A program made the position numbers and the translations under genes. A DNA stretch of 64,000 nt from a virus (Duplodnaviria; Caudoviricetes): IMG/VR virus record IMGVR_UViG_3300028832_000123, positions 1 through 64,000 of that record; one strand, given 5' to 3'. Positions 27,103 to 34,336 of the stretch are shown piece by piece. Position 1 is the first letter of the stretch, and each line of letters begins with the position of its first letter. The notes beneath the pieces are model-generated. The model searched no databases. It worked only from the letters and a program-made list of their open reading frames with translations, and was not told where the DNA came from.

Positions 27103-27453
27103 ATGCGTACATTTGGCGAGAATTTGCGAGAATTGCGTAAAAGCAGAGGATACAGTCAGGAGAAGTTTGCGGAAGTAATAGGAACAAAGCAGGTCAATGT
27201 CAGCGCATGGGAACTTGGCACACGTGTACCGTACCTTGCGACGATCCGTGGCATTGCCGAAACCTTTAAGGTTCCGCTTTCCTCCCTGATATCCATCGAG
27301 CAGACAGGACTTGACGAAGACTACATAAGTTCGGTTTCGGAAGCGATCAAGACCGAACCGAAACTGCGGGAGATCCTTGACAAGATCCTGTACATGCCTT
27401 CCTCTGACCTTGACGCTTTACTCGGAATCATTAACGCAATGACAAAGAAATGA
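27103..27453 (+). CDS. CI-like XRE repressor
   Basis: FGENLRELRKSRGYSQEKFAEVIG....VSAWELGTRVP. Confidence 0.9.
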   Translation: MRTFGENLRELRKSRGYSQEKFAEVIGTKQVNVSAWELGTRVPYLATIRGIAETFKVPLSSLISIEQTGLDEDYISSVSEAIKTEPKLREILDKILYMPSSDLDALLGIINAMTKK

Positions 27454-28580
27454 ATTGTATCAAATGTAAAGCCATTATTCCAGATGGATCCGCATACTGC
27501 AACTACTGCGGAAAGAAACAGTCTGTTGAAAAAAAGCGCTCCAGAAAGACCCGTGGCAATGGGATGGGATGCGCTTATCGCCGTGGGCAGACATGGACCG
27601 CTTGCGTAACAATCGGATGGAAAACTCCTGCTGACCCGTCCAAACCGAAAACACCTATCCGGCGCACGAAGGGCGGTTTCCCGTCGAAGAAGGAAGCAAT
27701 CGCATACTGTCCAGCCCTGCTTGTGGGCGGGATCGCAAAGCGACAGGAAGCCCCAAGACTGTCAGAGTACTGGAAGACATACTCTGAAGGGCGTATGCTT
27801 ACACTCGGAAAGAATACACAGTCCGCATACCGTACCGCATGGAAGAAACTGAGGGCCGTACATGATATTCGTGTAGACAGTATTACTGTTGAACTTTTGC
27901 AGAACACAATTGACGAAACGTGTCATTCACACGACACTGCCGGAGACTGCAAAAGTTTATTATCCAATTTATTTGCGCTTGCAGGGGCGGAACAAACCGC
28001 AAACAGTTCCCTGCCTTCCTTTATTGTATTGCCAGCCTATGCGGAAAAGGAACGGGAAGTCTTTACTGCTGAAGAGCAGGTCGCTTTATGGAAAGCATAT
28101 GATAACGGAGACATTCGTGCAGCCGTACCGCTTCTTATGATCGCTACAGGTATGATGCCAGGTGAAATGCAACAGCTGAAGGCAGAGAACATAGACATCA
28201 ACGGAAGGGTTATCGTGCGATCCGGATTGAAGACAGCTGTACGGAAAAGCACACCGATAGTTTTGTCGGACTCGATTACTCCGGTTGTGCGGGATCTGAT
28301 TGAAAACGCACAGCTGTCCGGATATCTTTGGAAACGTGACGAGAAAGCATGGTATAAAAACTACTATGATATCCTTGAGCTGTCCGGATGCCGTCGCCTG
28401 ACTCCGTACTGTTGCCGGCACACGTGCGCAAGCAATCTTTCCATTGATAAAAACATTCCATCGCAGACAATCCGTAAGGTTATGCGATGGAGCACGGCAA
28501 AGATGCTGGATCGGTACAGTCATCCGTCTACTGAGGATGCACTCGCTGCGGTGAACACGGTCACACGCCCTGATGTATAG
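27450..28580 (+). CDS. int: tyrosine integrase
   Basis: N-terminal Zn ribbon and arm domain; TGMMPGEM (catalytic Arg position reads M/P), LKT, YCCRHT, VMRWSTAKMLDRYSH. Confidence 0.9.
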   Translation: MNCIKCKAIIPDGSAYCNYCGKKQSVEKKRSRKTRGNGMGCAYRRGQTWTACVTIGWKTPADPSKPKTPIRRTKGGFPSKKEAIAYCPALLVGGIAKRQEAPRLSEYWKTYSEGRMLTLGKNTQSAYRTAWKKLRAVHDIRVDSITVELLQNTIDETCHSHDTAGDCKSLLSNLFALAGAEQTANSSLPSFIVLPAYAEKEREVFTAEEQVALWKAYDNGDIRAAVPLLMIATGMMPGEMQQLKAENIDINGRVIVRSGLKTAVRKSTPIVLSDSITPVVRDLIENAQLSGYLWKRDEKAWYKNYYDILELSGCRRLTPYCCRHTCASNLSIDKNIPSQTIRKVMRWSTAKMLDRYSHPSTEDALAAVNTVTRPDV

Positions 28581-28812
28581 TTTACATACTGCTTACATCA
28601 ACGGATGTGAACGTTGATTTTACTATATTCTTATTTCCTCTGCTAAGGGAGTAGACGGGTTAAACCGTGCCCGGGTTCAAATCCCGGCTTCTCCGCTTAA
28701 AACCCTGCAAGATCAACGCTTGCAGGGTTTTGTTATGTTGTAGTATTTATACTGTTCATTGTCATAAATTGTCGTAAGTGGTGTTCTACTGTTTACACTA
28801 CTGTTTACATCA
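28580..28812 (+). other. attP: core = 3' half of tRNA-Ser(GCT) (~28640-28696) flanked by arm-type repeats
   Basis: CTGCTAA anticodon loop, long variable arm, T arm CCGGG-TTCAAAT-CCCGG, acceptor 3' strand CTTCTCCG, no 5' half; GTTTACA/GCTTACA repeats at 28580-28600 and 28787-28812. Confidence 0.85.
28701..28731 (+). terminator. intrinsic terminator after the attP tRNA half
   Basis: AACCCTGCAAG-atcaacg-CTTGCAGGGTT followed by TT. Confidence 0.8.
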
Positions 28813-29787
28813 TTCCTCATACCCAGCCATGTATTTTGACAGGTCAAGTTCTTCTCCTCGTGACGGGCAAAGGAACACCCCGTCATCTTCCAACCTGTCA
28901 ACATATGGTGTGAATTGTTCTTTTAATAATCTGTTCAGTTCAGGAACAATTCTTACCGGCTTTGCGTTCAATATGCTATCAAGACACCATTCACAGTCTC
29001 CGAATATCCGGCTGAATGATGATTTTGTCAAAACAACATTGCGTTCCTGAAGCAACTTGATCATGGCCCGTGGGAATTCAAGGTGCAACGCAAAGCATTC
29101 CGCTTCTGTTGTTGCTTTATCTGATCCTATAATATTGAAACCATGCCCAAGATAAATATGTCCAAGTTCAATAGCAATTGCAAGCTTTAGCTTTCCGAGA
29201 GGAGCATTGCGCCTGACAGCAAACAGATAATGTTCGTGTTCTCTATCGTCAGCAATAACAGATGTCATGACCATGTCGCCCTGCTGACTGCTCATTACTG
29301 CGTTTGTTTCACACAGGTCATCCAGTTCCGATTCATCTTCAAATGATACAATGGAAGCACGTTCTGATGCCTGAAGAATCTGTTGAGGATATATTGGCGT
29401 TCTCGATACGTTGAATTTAATCAGCGCACGGGCTGCCTGTGTTGCTGCGGTAGTACAGTCTATGGTTTTCTTTCCTGTTTCTTTCCAATAGATTGTATTG
29501 TTCACCATTTCAAATTGGTGGATCAACGGTGTACGTAATTTATCTGCAACGATTTCAAGGTTGTCTCCTGGATCGCCCAGTCTTTCGCTGGACCAGCCCA
29601 TGAGGTACGGTCTGCTTACATTAAATAAAATAGCAAGCTGATGAACACGTTCCGGCGGGATGTTCGTGATAAGACCATGTTCATACTTATATACTGTGGC
29701 TCGCTGAATACCCAAATATGTAGCAATGTCATTGAGTGACATTCCTTTTTCTGTTCTCAATTCTCTTAATCTGTCCGCAAATGTCAT
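28810..29787 (-). CDS. XRE HTH fused to an ImmA/IrrE-like domain
   Basis: N-terminal HTH (FADRLRELRTEKGMSLNDIA); C-terminal LAIAIELGHIYLGH...EAECFA, HExxH degenerate. Confidence 0.75.
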   Translation of the reverse strand: MTFADRLRELRTEKGMSLNDIATYLGIQRATVYKYEHGLITNIPPERVHQLAILFNVSRPYLMGWSSERLGDPGDNLEIVADKLRTPLIHQFEMVNNTIYWKETGKKTIDCTTAATQAARALIKFNVSRTPIYPQQILQASERASIVSFEDESELDDLCETNAVMSSQQGDMVMTSVIADDREHEHYLFAVRRNAPLGKLKLAIAIELGHIYLGHGFNIIGSDKATTEAECFALHLEFPRAMIKLLQERNVVLTKSSFSRIFGDCEWCLDSILNAKPVRIVPELNRLLKEQFTPYVDRLEDDGVFLCPSRGEELDLSKYMAGYEE

Positions 29788-29947
29788 AACTGTAACCTCC
29801 TACGTTTCATATTATACTACCGCCTACATTAAAAGTCACAATGTAATAAAATTTTAATACTTTTATACTTTACAAGTTACAATTATTCTGTATAATGTGT
29901 ATCGTAATAAGTCACGTATACTAAATAAGTTACAAAGGAGAATCTGC

Positions 29948-30217
29948 ATGAACATCGAATCTGTATTTCTGAACTTGGTGGATGCTGGACTTATGGCGAA
30001 AAAGATGGACAAGGCAATGCAGGACGCTGGGTTCGATAACAACCCGTACTTTGAAATCTACGGTTGTGTGGCCCAGGCGATTATTCACATGCTTGGTGAA
30101 GCAGAAAAGGACTTTGAGAATACGGATGCTTGCTATGCTCTGTCTGATAAGATCCACGGCAGGAAGGAACGTGTGCAGTATCTCGTTGATGCTTATAATA
30201 AAGTTTCATCTCAATGA
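29948..30217 (+). CDS. unknown ~90-aa protein, paralogue 2 of 3
   Basis: SD AAAGGAG before ATG 29948; upstream TTTACA-16-TATAAT (29869-29896). Confidence 0.75.
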   Translation: MNIESVFLNLVDAGLMAKKMDKAMQDAGFDNNPYFEIYGCVAQAIIHMLGEAEKDFENTDACYALSDKIHGRKERVQYLVDAYNKVSSQ

Positions 30218-30253
30218 TGAGACTTTTTTATGCGAATACTTATTACTTTAACA

Positions 30254-30282
30254 TTTACTTTTACCGTTATTTGTAGTACATT
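30254..30282 (+). promoter_or_regulatory. tRNA-array promoter with operator-like element
   Basis: TTTACT-17-TACATT; TACCGTT-ATT-TGTAGTA at 30262-30278. Confidence 0.55.
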
Positions 30283-30292
30283 ATACGTACAT

Positions 30293-30377
30293 GAGGGATT
30301 GGCAGAGTGGTTGAATGCACCGGTTTGCTAAACCGGAGTGGCGCAAGTCACCGCAGGTTCAAATCCTGCATCTCTCG
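30293..30377 (+). tRNA. tRNA-Ser(GCT)
   Basis: Acceptor GAGGGAT/ATCTCTC, anticodon arm CCGGT-TTGCTAA-ACCGG, long variable arm, GGTTCAAATCC T arm. Confidence 0.95.
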
Positions 30378-30382
30378 CTTTC

Positions 30383-30599
30383 GTTACGGTGGCGGAATAG
30401 GTAGACGCTATAACATATAGCATTGACAGCCCAACATTCACTGGTACATTGAGGGTGTCCGGCAGAGTAAATATGACCGATAGGGAATGTGGCGCAGTGG
30501 ATCGATATGGCATGAGTCGGATAAAGCCATAACGTGAAAACGTCAGAAGATACTTCAATGTATGTGAGGTGACAGAAATTCAAATCCTCACCCGTAACG
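30383..30599 (+). ncRNA. tRNA-like structured RNA with large insertion
   Basis: Acceptor-like GTTACGG/CCGTAAC, Leu-type D arm GCG-GAATAGGTAGA-CGC, T-arm-like TGAGG...TTCAAAT-CCTCA, ~150-nt internal region with several helices. Confidence 0.7.
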
Positions 30600-30605
30600 A
30601 ATCAC

Positions 30606-30693
30606 GGTGGATTGACCGAGTGGTTTAAGGTAGCTGTCTTGAAAACAGCAGGTCCGAAAGGATCCGTGGGTTCAAATCCTACATCCACCGCCA
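30606..30693 (+). tRNA. tRNA-Ser(TGA)
   Basis: GGTGGAT/ATCCACC, loop CTTGAAA, long variable arm, encoded CCA. Confidence 0.95.
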
Positions 30694-30694
30694 T

Positions 30695-30767
30695 GCTTTT
30701 GTAGCTCAATTGGCAGAGCAATCGCCTTGTAAGCGATAGGCTGTGAGTTCGAGTCTCACCAGAAGCC
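30695..30767 (+). tRNA. tRNA-Thr(TGT)
   Basis: GCTTTTG/CAGAAGC, ATCGC-CTTGTAA-GCGAT, GTTCGA T loop. Confidence 0.93.
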
Positions 30768-30773
30768 CATTAT

Positions 30774-30847
30774 AGAGGTGTCGCCAAGATGGTTAAGGCA
30801 TGGGACTTTGACTCCCATATTCGCAGGTTCGACTCCTGCCACCTCTG
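30774..30847 (+). tRNA. tRNA-Gln(TTG)
   Basis: AGAGGTG/CACCTCT, TGGGA-CTTTGAC-TCCCA. Confidence 0.93.
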
Positions 30848-30917
30848 CGACAGAGCGACCGCTTTGTGCGGAGCCAGGATGTGCGACCGGAAACGGCGAC
30901 GGCATCCGTCCCCCTTT

Positions 30918-30989
30918 GGGGCATTAACTCAATGGTAGAGTGTCTGCTTTGCAAGCAGAATGTTGCAGGTTCAAATCCTGTATGCTCCA
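30918..30989 (+). tRNA. tRNA-Ala(TGC)
   Basis: GGGGCAT/ATGCTCC with G3:U70, CTGCT-TTGCA-AGCAG anticodon arm. Confidence 0.93.
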
Positions 30990-30994
30990 CTTAC

Positions 30995-31068
30995 GCTCCC
31001 ATAGTCCAATTGGAAGAGACATCGGATTTAAGCTCCGACATGTCAGGGTTCGAGTCCCTGTGGGAGTA
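30995..31068 (+). tRNA. tRNA-Leu(TAA) with short variable loop
   Basis: GCTCCCA/TGGGAGT, TCGGA-TTTAAGC-TCCGA, 5-nt variable loop, CAGGG-TTCGAGT-CCCTG. Confidence 0.8.
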
Positions 31069-31118
31069 CTACAGTCACATAAACATGTGGCTCATAAAAT
31101 AATATGGAGGGATTGCCC

Positions 31119-31403
31119 ATGAATATGGAGAAGGCTTTAACGGAACTTGTCAGCGCTGTAAAAACGGCAAAAAAGATGGACGAAGCAATGCGGGAAGCAG
31201 GATACGAAAATAACCCGTACTTTGACATCTGGGGAAACATTGCAGAAGCGGTCTATGCATTGCTCGATGAGCACACAGATACATTCGACAGCTCTGTAAC
31301 AGCGCAAGTCATCAGAGATATGGCAAACGTCCCAATCAACAAAGCCGTAGATATCCTTTGGGCAGTCTTCAAGCGAAAAGAACTGTTATCCGATCCAAAG
31401 TAA
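31119..31403 (+). CDS. unknown ~94-aa protein, paralogue 3 of 3
   Basis: GGAGG SD before ATG 31119; strong similarity to 29948-30217 (AKKMD.AM..AG..NNPYF.I.G). Confidence 0.75.
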   Translation: MNMEKALTELVSAVKTAKKMDEAMREAGYENNPYFDIWGNIAEAVYALLDEHTDTFDSSVTAQVIRDMANVPINKAVDILWAVFKRKELLSDPK

Positions 31404-31440
31404 AAATCACCCCACTCCAGTCTGGAGTGGGGCTTTTTGT
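31404..31440. terminator. bidirectional terminator
   Basis: AAAA..CCCCACTCCAG-(tct)-GGAGTGGGG-CTTTTT between convergent genes. Confidence 0.8.
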
Positions 31441-31754
31441 TAATACCTGTACGGGGGCATCCATTCCGGATAGTGTCCTGAATAATCATATCCAGGATAC
31501 ATGTCACGGCTCGTATACCTTCCCATGCTGTCACGTCCTCTGCGGTAAGAACGTCCGGATGCGTCCTTGTCTTCCCATCCGTCAGCGTCTTTCATCGCAT
31601 TGTACGTGGCTGCACATTTCAGAGCATGATACAGGATATCAGCACGTTCAACATCCTGCACAGACATTTCCGGAAGATCTTCCATGTACTTCTTATCCAG
31701 TCTGTCAAGCTCTTTGCACATTGCTCTTTCGAGGTGCTCGTAATGATTTGCCAT
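31440..31754 (-). CDS. hypothetical protein of post-lysis module
   Basis: 104 aa; RRGRDSMGRYTSRD motif. Confidence 0.7.
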   Translation of the reverse strand: MANHYEHLERAMCKELDRLDKKYMEDLPEMSVQDVERADILYHALKCAATYNAMKDADGWEDKDASGRSYRRGRDSMGRYTSRDMYPGYDYSGHYPEWMPPYRY

Positions 31755-31769
31755 TGCTCTTCACCTCCA

Positions 31770-32528
31770 TCACGCAGCAGGAGCGGTGGTGGTGGTGACA
31801 GGATAGCGGTTAACAAAGAACTGGGTCTGTGCGGTCAGGGCGTTCTGAATGTAGTTGTTGCTATTCAGAGCGGTGATCTGCCGTTCCAGGTCTGCGATGC
31901 GCTCATTCTTCGCATCGATCTTGTCGGCGCACATCTGATCGAGGATGCGCTGAATACCCATGTTCTGGTTGGTCAGGATGTCACGTACGCCATCGGACAG
32001 CACCTGCCGGTCCGCACAATGTTCTGCCAGGATCGTGGAGGTCTGATTGGCTGTGGCAAGCCTGTTTTCGCAACAGCAGGAGGCCAGTTGGCTCTGCATG
32101 CCGTTGAATCCCTGCATGGTAGCCATCTGCGCCGCGAAGTTCTGTTGCATTCCTGCGATCTCACGGGCGTTGGCCCCGATCTCAGCCTGGGCAAAACCAT
32201 TGGCGATGTTGCTGTTAACGCCGGCAAAACCGGAACACAGGGAAGTCTGGAGGTCGCCGAAACCAGAAGTAACAGCGTTCTGAACTCCGGTAATACCGGA
32301 GATCACAGCGGACTGGTCAAAGCCACGCTGTACGTCGTTGTTGACCATCATCGGTCCCATGCCGTTACCGCCACCGAAACCACCGAAGTTACCGCCCCAG
32401 CCACACAGCACGATCAGCAGGAGAATAAATCCCCAGCCACCCATGTCGCCAAAGCCACCCATACCGCCGTTACCGTAACCGCCCATAGGAGCCACGGGCA
32501 TCACGATGTTGCCATTTGTGTCAGTCAT
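31770..32528 (-). CDS. Gly-rich membrane-anchored protein with SCCCEN cluster and coiled coil
   Basis: GGYGNGGMGGFG, TM WGFILLLIVLCGWGG, LASCCCEN, KIDAKNERIADLERQI. Confidence 0.8.
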   Translation of the reverse strand: MTDTNGNIVMPVAPMGGYGNGGMGGFGDMGGWGFILLLIVLCGWGGNFGGFGGGNGMGPMMVNNDVQRGFDQSAVISGITGVQNAVTSGFGDLQTSLCSGFAGVNSNIANGFAQAEIGANAREIAGMQQNFAAQMATMQGFNGMQSQLASCCCENRLATANQTSTILAEHCADRQVLSDGVRDILTNQNMGIQRILDQMCADKIDAKNERIADLERQITALNSNNYIQNALTAQTQFFVNRYPVTTTTAPAA

Positions 32529-32677
32529 TGTTTTTGATTCCTTTCGTTTTTATTTTTCCAATCGTCTATGCGCACTCGACGAAAAGAATCAAAGTGTTTA
32601 TTCCATGCATTATTTTGAACGAAAATACCTGTTTTCATTCAAAAAGCGTGAAAATAATGCACGGTATTAACATTATT

Positions 32678-32842
32678 AACTTGAAACCAACTTGGAAAAA
32701 CTTGCGACTTAATTCCAAGTTAGTATCAAGTTTAGTATCAAACTTGGAAAAATTGGCCTGTTTTTTCCAAGTTAGTATCAAGTTTAGTATCAAACTTGGA
32801 AAAATTGGCCTGTTTTTTCCAAGTTAACTTGCCTGTAACTTG
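32678..32842. repeat. 52-bp exact tandem duplication embedded in AACTTG/CAAGTT palindromic repeats
   Basis: Unit starts at 32713, 32765 and (partial) 32817. Confidence 0.9.
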
Positions 32843-32923
32843 CTGAAGCTTTAATTATTCAGCATCAAAATCGCTGTAAGTAAAGAAAATCAACGGTTTC
32901 TTTACTTGACGGTTACTTGATTA

Positions 32924-33136
32924 TCATCTTCCAAGCATTTGCCTTGCCCACTGGATCTGTTCCTGTGTCACGGTACCGGTCTGCTGAAGCCAGTTGAGAA
33001 GCTGCCCAGGATCATTCCGTACTTCTGCCGGCGCATTGGGAAAAATCTTTTGCACCATCATCTGCGGGTTCTGGAACTGCTGGGCCAGTTGCTGTACCTG
33101 TTGCATGGCATTCTGAATCTGAAATAAAGGATTCAT
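32924..33136 (-). CDS. Gln-rich small protein
   Basis: MNPLFQIQNAMQQVQQLAQQFQNPQ. Confidence 0.7.
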   Translation of the reverse strand: MNPLFQIQNAMQQVQQLAQQFQNPQMMVQKIFPNAPAEVRNDPGQLLNWLQQTGTVTQEQIQWARQMLGR

Positions 33137-33585
33137 TACACTTCCCCCTTCGCTTTCCGTCCGGATATACTCAGGCTGTCTATGGTTTCCATCAGTTCTT
33201 CTTTCATTCTGTCAAGGTCTTCCTTGCGTACATATTCGCTCAAATCAGGCTGTTTTGCCGTGCCGTCAAAGCCGGATGACTTCTCGCCCGTCTGCACTCC
33301 TTCGAGCGTGTAATGTGCCTTCTGAAGCGGATTAGGCATGCCCATCGGGTTAATGCTCTTAAGATAGATTACAGTGTCGTTCGTGTCCCACAGGGCAATC
33401 GGTTTGTTACAGGGCCATCCCTGTGGCATCTGATACGCTTTGGCTCCAACCTCTCCGTCAACCCAGATCAGTCCCTGTGCCTGCGATTCCTGGTTTGCAA
33501 AGGACATCTGTGTCCCTTGCAGATTCGGGTATACCTGTTGCCCGTAGTTCCATGACGGCTGGTATGTTGCCGGCAGATAACTCAT
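33136..33585 (-). CDS. hypothetical protein of post-lysis module
   Basis: GLIWVDGEVGAKAY..LWDTNDTVIYLKS motif. Confidence 0.75.
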   Translation of the reverse strand: MSYLPATYQPSWNYGQQVYPNLQGTQMSFANQESQAQGLIWVDGEVGAKAYQMPQGWPCNKPIALWDTNDTVIYLKSINPMGMPNPLQKAHYTLEGVQTGEKSSGFDGTAKQPDLSEYVRKEDLDRMKEELMETIDSLSISGRKAKGEV

Positions 33586-33588
33586 AAC

Positions 33589-33978
33589 TCATTCCTTCTT
33601 TCTGAAATAAAATGAAAGTGTTTCGTTTCCGCTGTCCCACGAATCCAGATAATCTCCATTACGTATGCATACTGCGTGGCTGCCTGTGCCTACAATGTAC
33701 GTTCCTTCAGGATACATATCGCAGAACTCCCTTACGGTTATGCATTCCGGACAATGTCTCGGCAGCAGGAACGGCTCAAAACCACGGTCATACAGGTACA
33801 TACCCCATACATGGTTCACGCTGGGCATACTGCATTCCGACCTGCCAACACGGCACAGATCGTCGTACACCTTGTACCAGTCTTTTCCGGTTGCAAGGCA
33901 TATCGCCCTGATCACACAGTCCGGTTCAGTCCTGCCGAGCGGATTCGGATTTGCATAGATCCACATCGTCAGGCGCAC
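33589..33978 (-). CDS. possible papain-fold (Cys-His-Asp) peptidase-like protein
   Basis: NPNP..DCVIRAI, GTGSHAVCI, DYLDSWDSG. Confidence 0.55.
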   Translation of the reverse strand: MRLTMWIYANPNPLGRTEPDCVIRAICLATGKDWYKVYDDLCRVGRSECSMPSVNHVWGMYLYDRGFEPFLLPRHCPECITVREFCDMYPEGTYIVGTGSHAVCIRNGDYLDSWDSGNETLSFYFRKKE

Positions 33979-34336
33979 TCCGGACTAATGCCACAGTCTG
34001 TAAGGATCATGTCAGCAACAGAATCATCATCCGGATACAGGTCCATCAGTGTGGCTGTAAGGAGCATCATGGCATATGCAGTCTCCGGACTTGCTCCGAT
34101 TGCTGAAACTATCCTGTCAATGTTCTTTTTGCATTTGCGTGGGTACATCCGAAACACCTTCCTTTCGCTTAAAATTGTGCAATAAAAAAGGCCTACCCAC
34201 AAGTTCGTGGATAGGTCTTCAACGGTTCATGTTTGGTTCATTTACGGGTCATGTGAAATAGAAATGTACAATTTAACGAATAGCTTTTTCGGTCGGGAAA
34301 TTTGGGGTGCAATAGCGTCCTTATCATGGCTCCGTT

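Noticed and set aside
28636-28696. Complete tRNA-Ser gene downstream of integrase
   Set aside because: No 5' acceptor strand or D arm upstream; it is the att core only.
30383-30599. tmRNA or group I intron-containing tRNA-Leu
   Set aside because: No G3:U70 pair, no GGGG/CCACCA ends, no convincing tag ORF; the insert is short and lacks recognisable P7 core sequences. Kept as an unclassified ncRNA.
30848-30917. HDV-like theta ribozyme after tRNA-Gln
   Set aside because: Could not find the nested double pseudoknot or the L3 UUCNCG-type loop by eye.
32713-32826. CRISPR array
   Set aside because: Units are directly adjacent identical copies with no unique spacers, and no cas genes were recognised.
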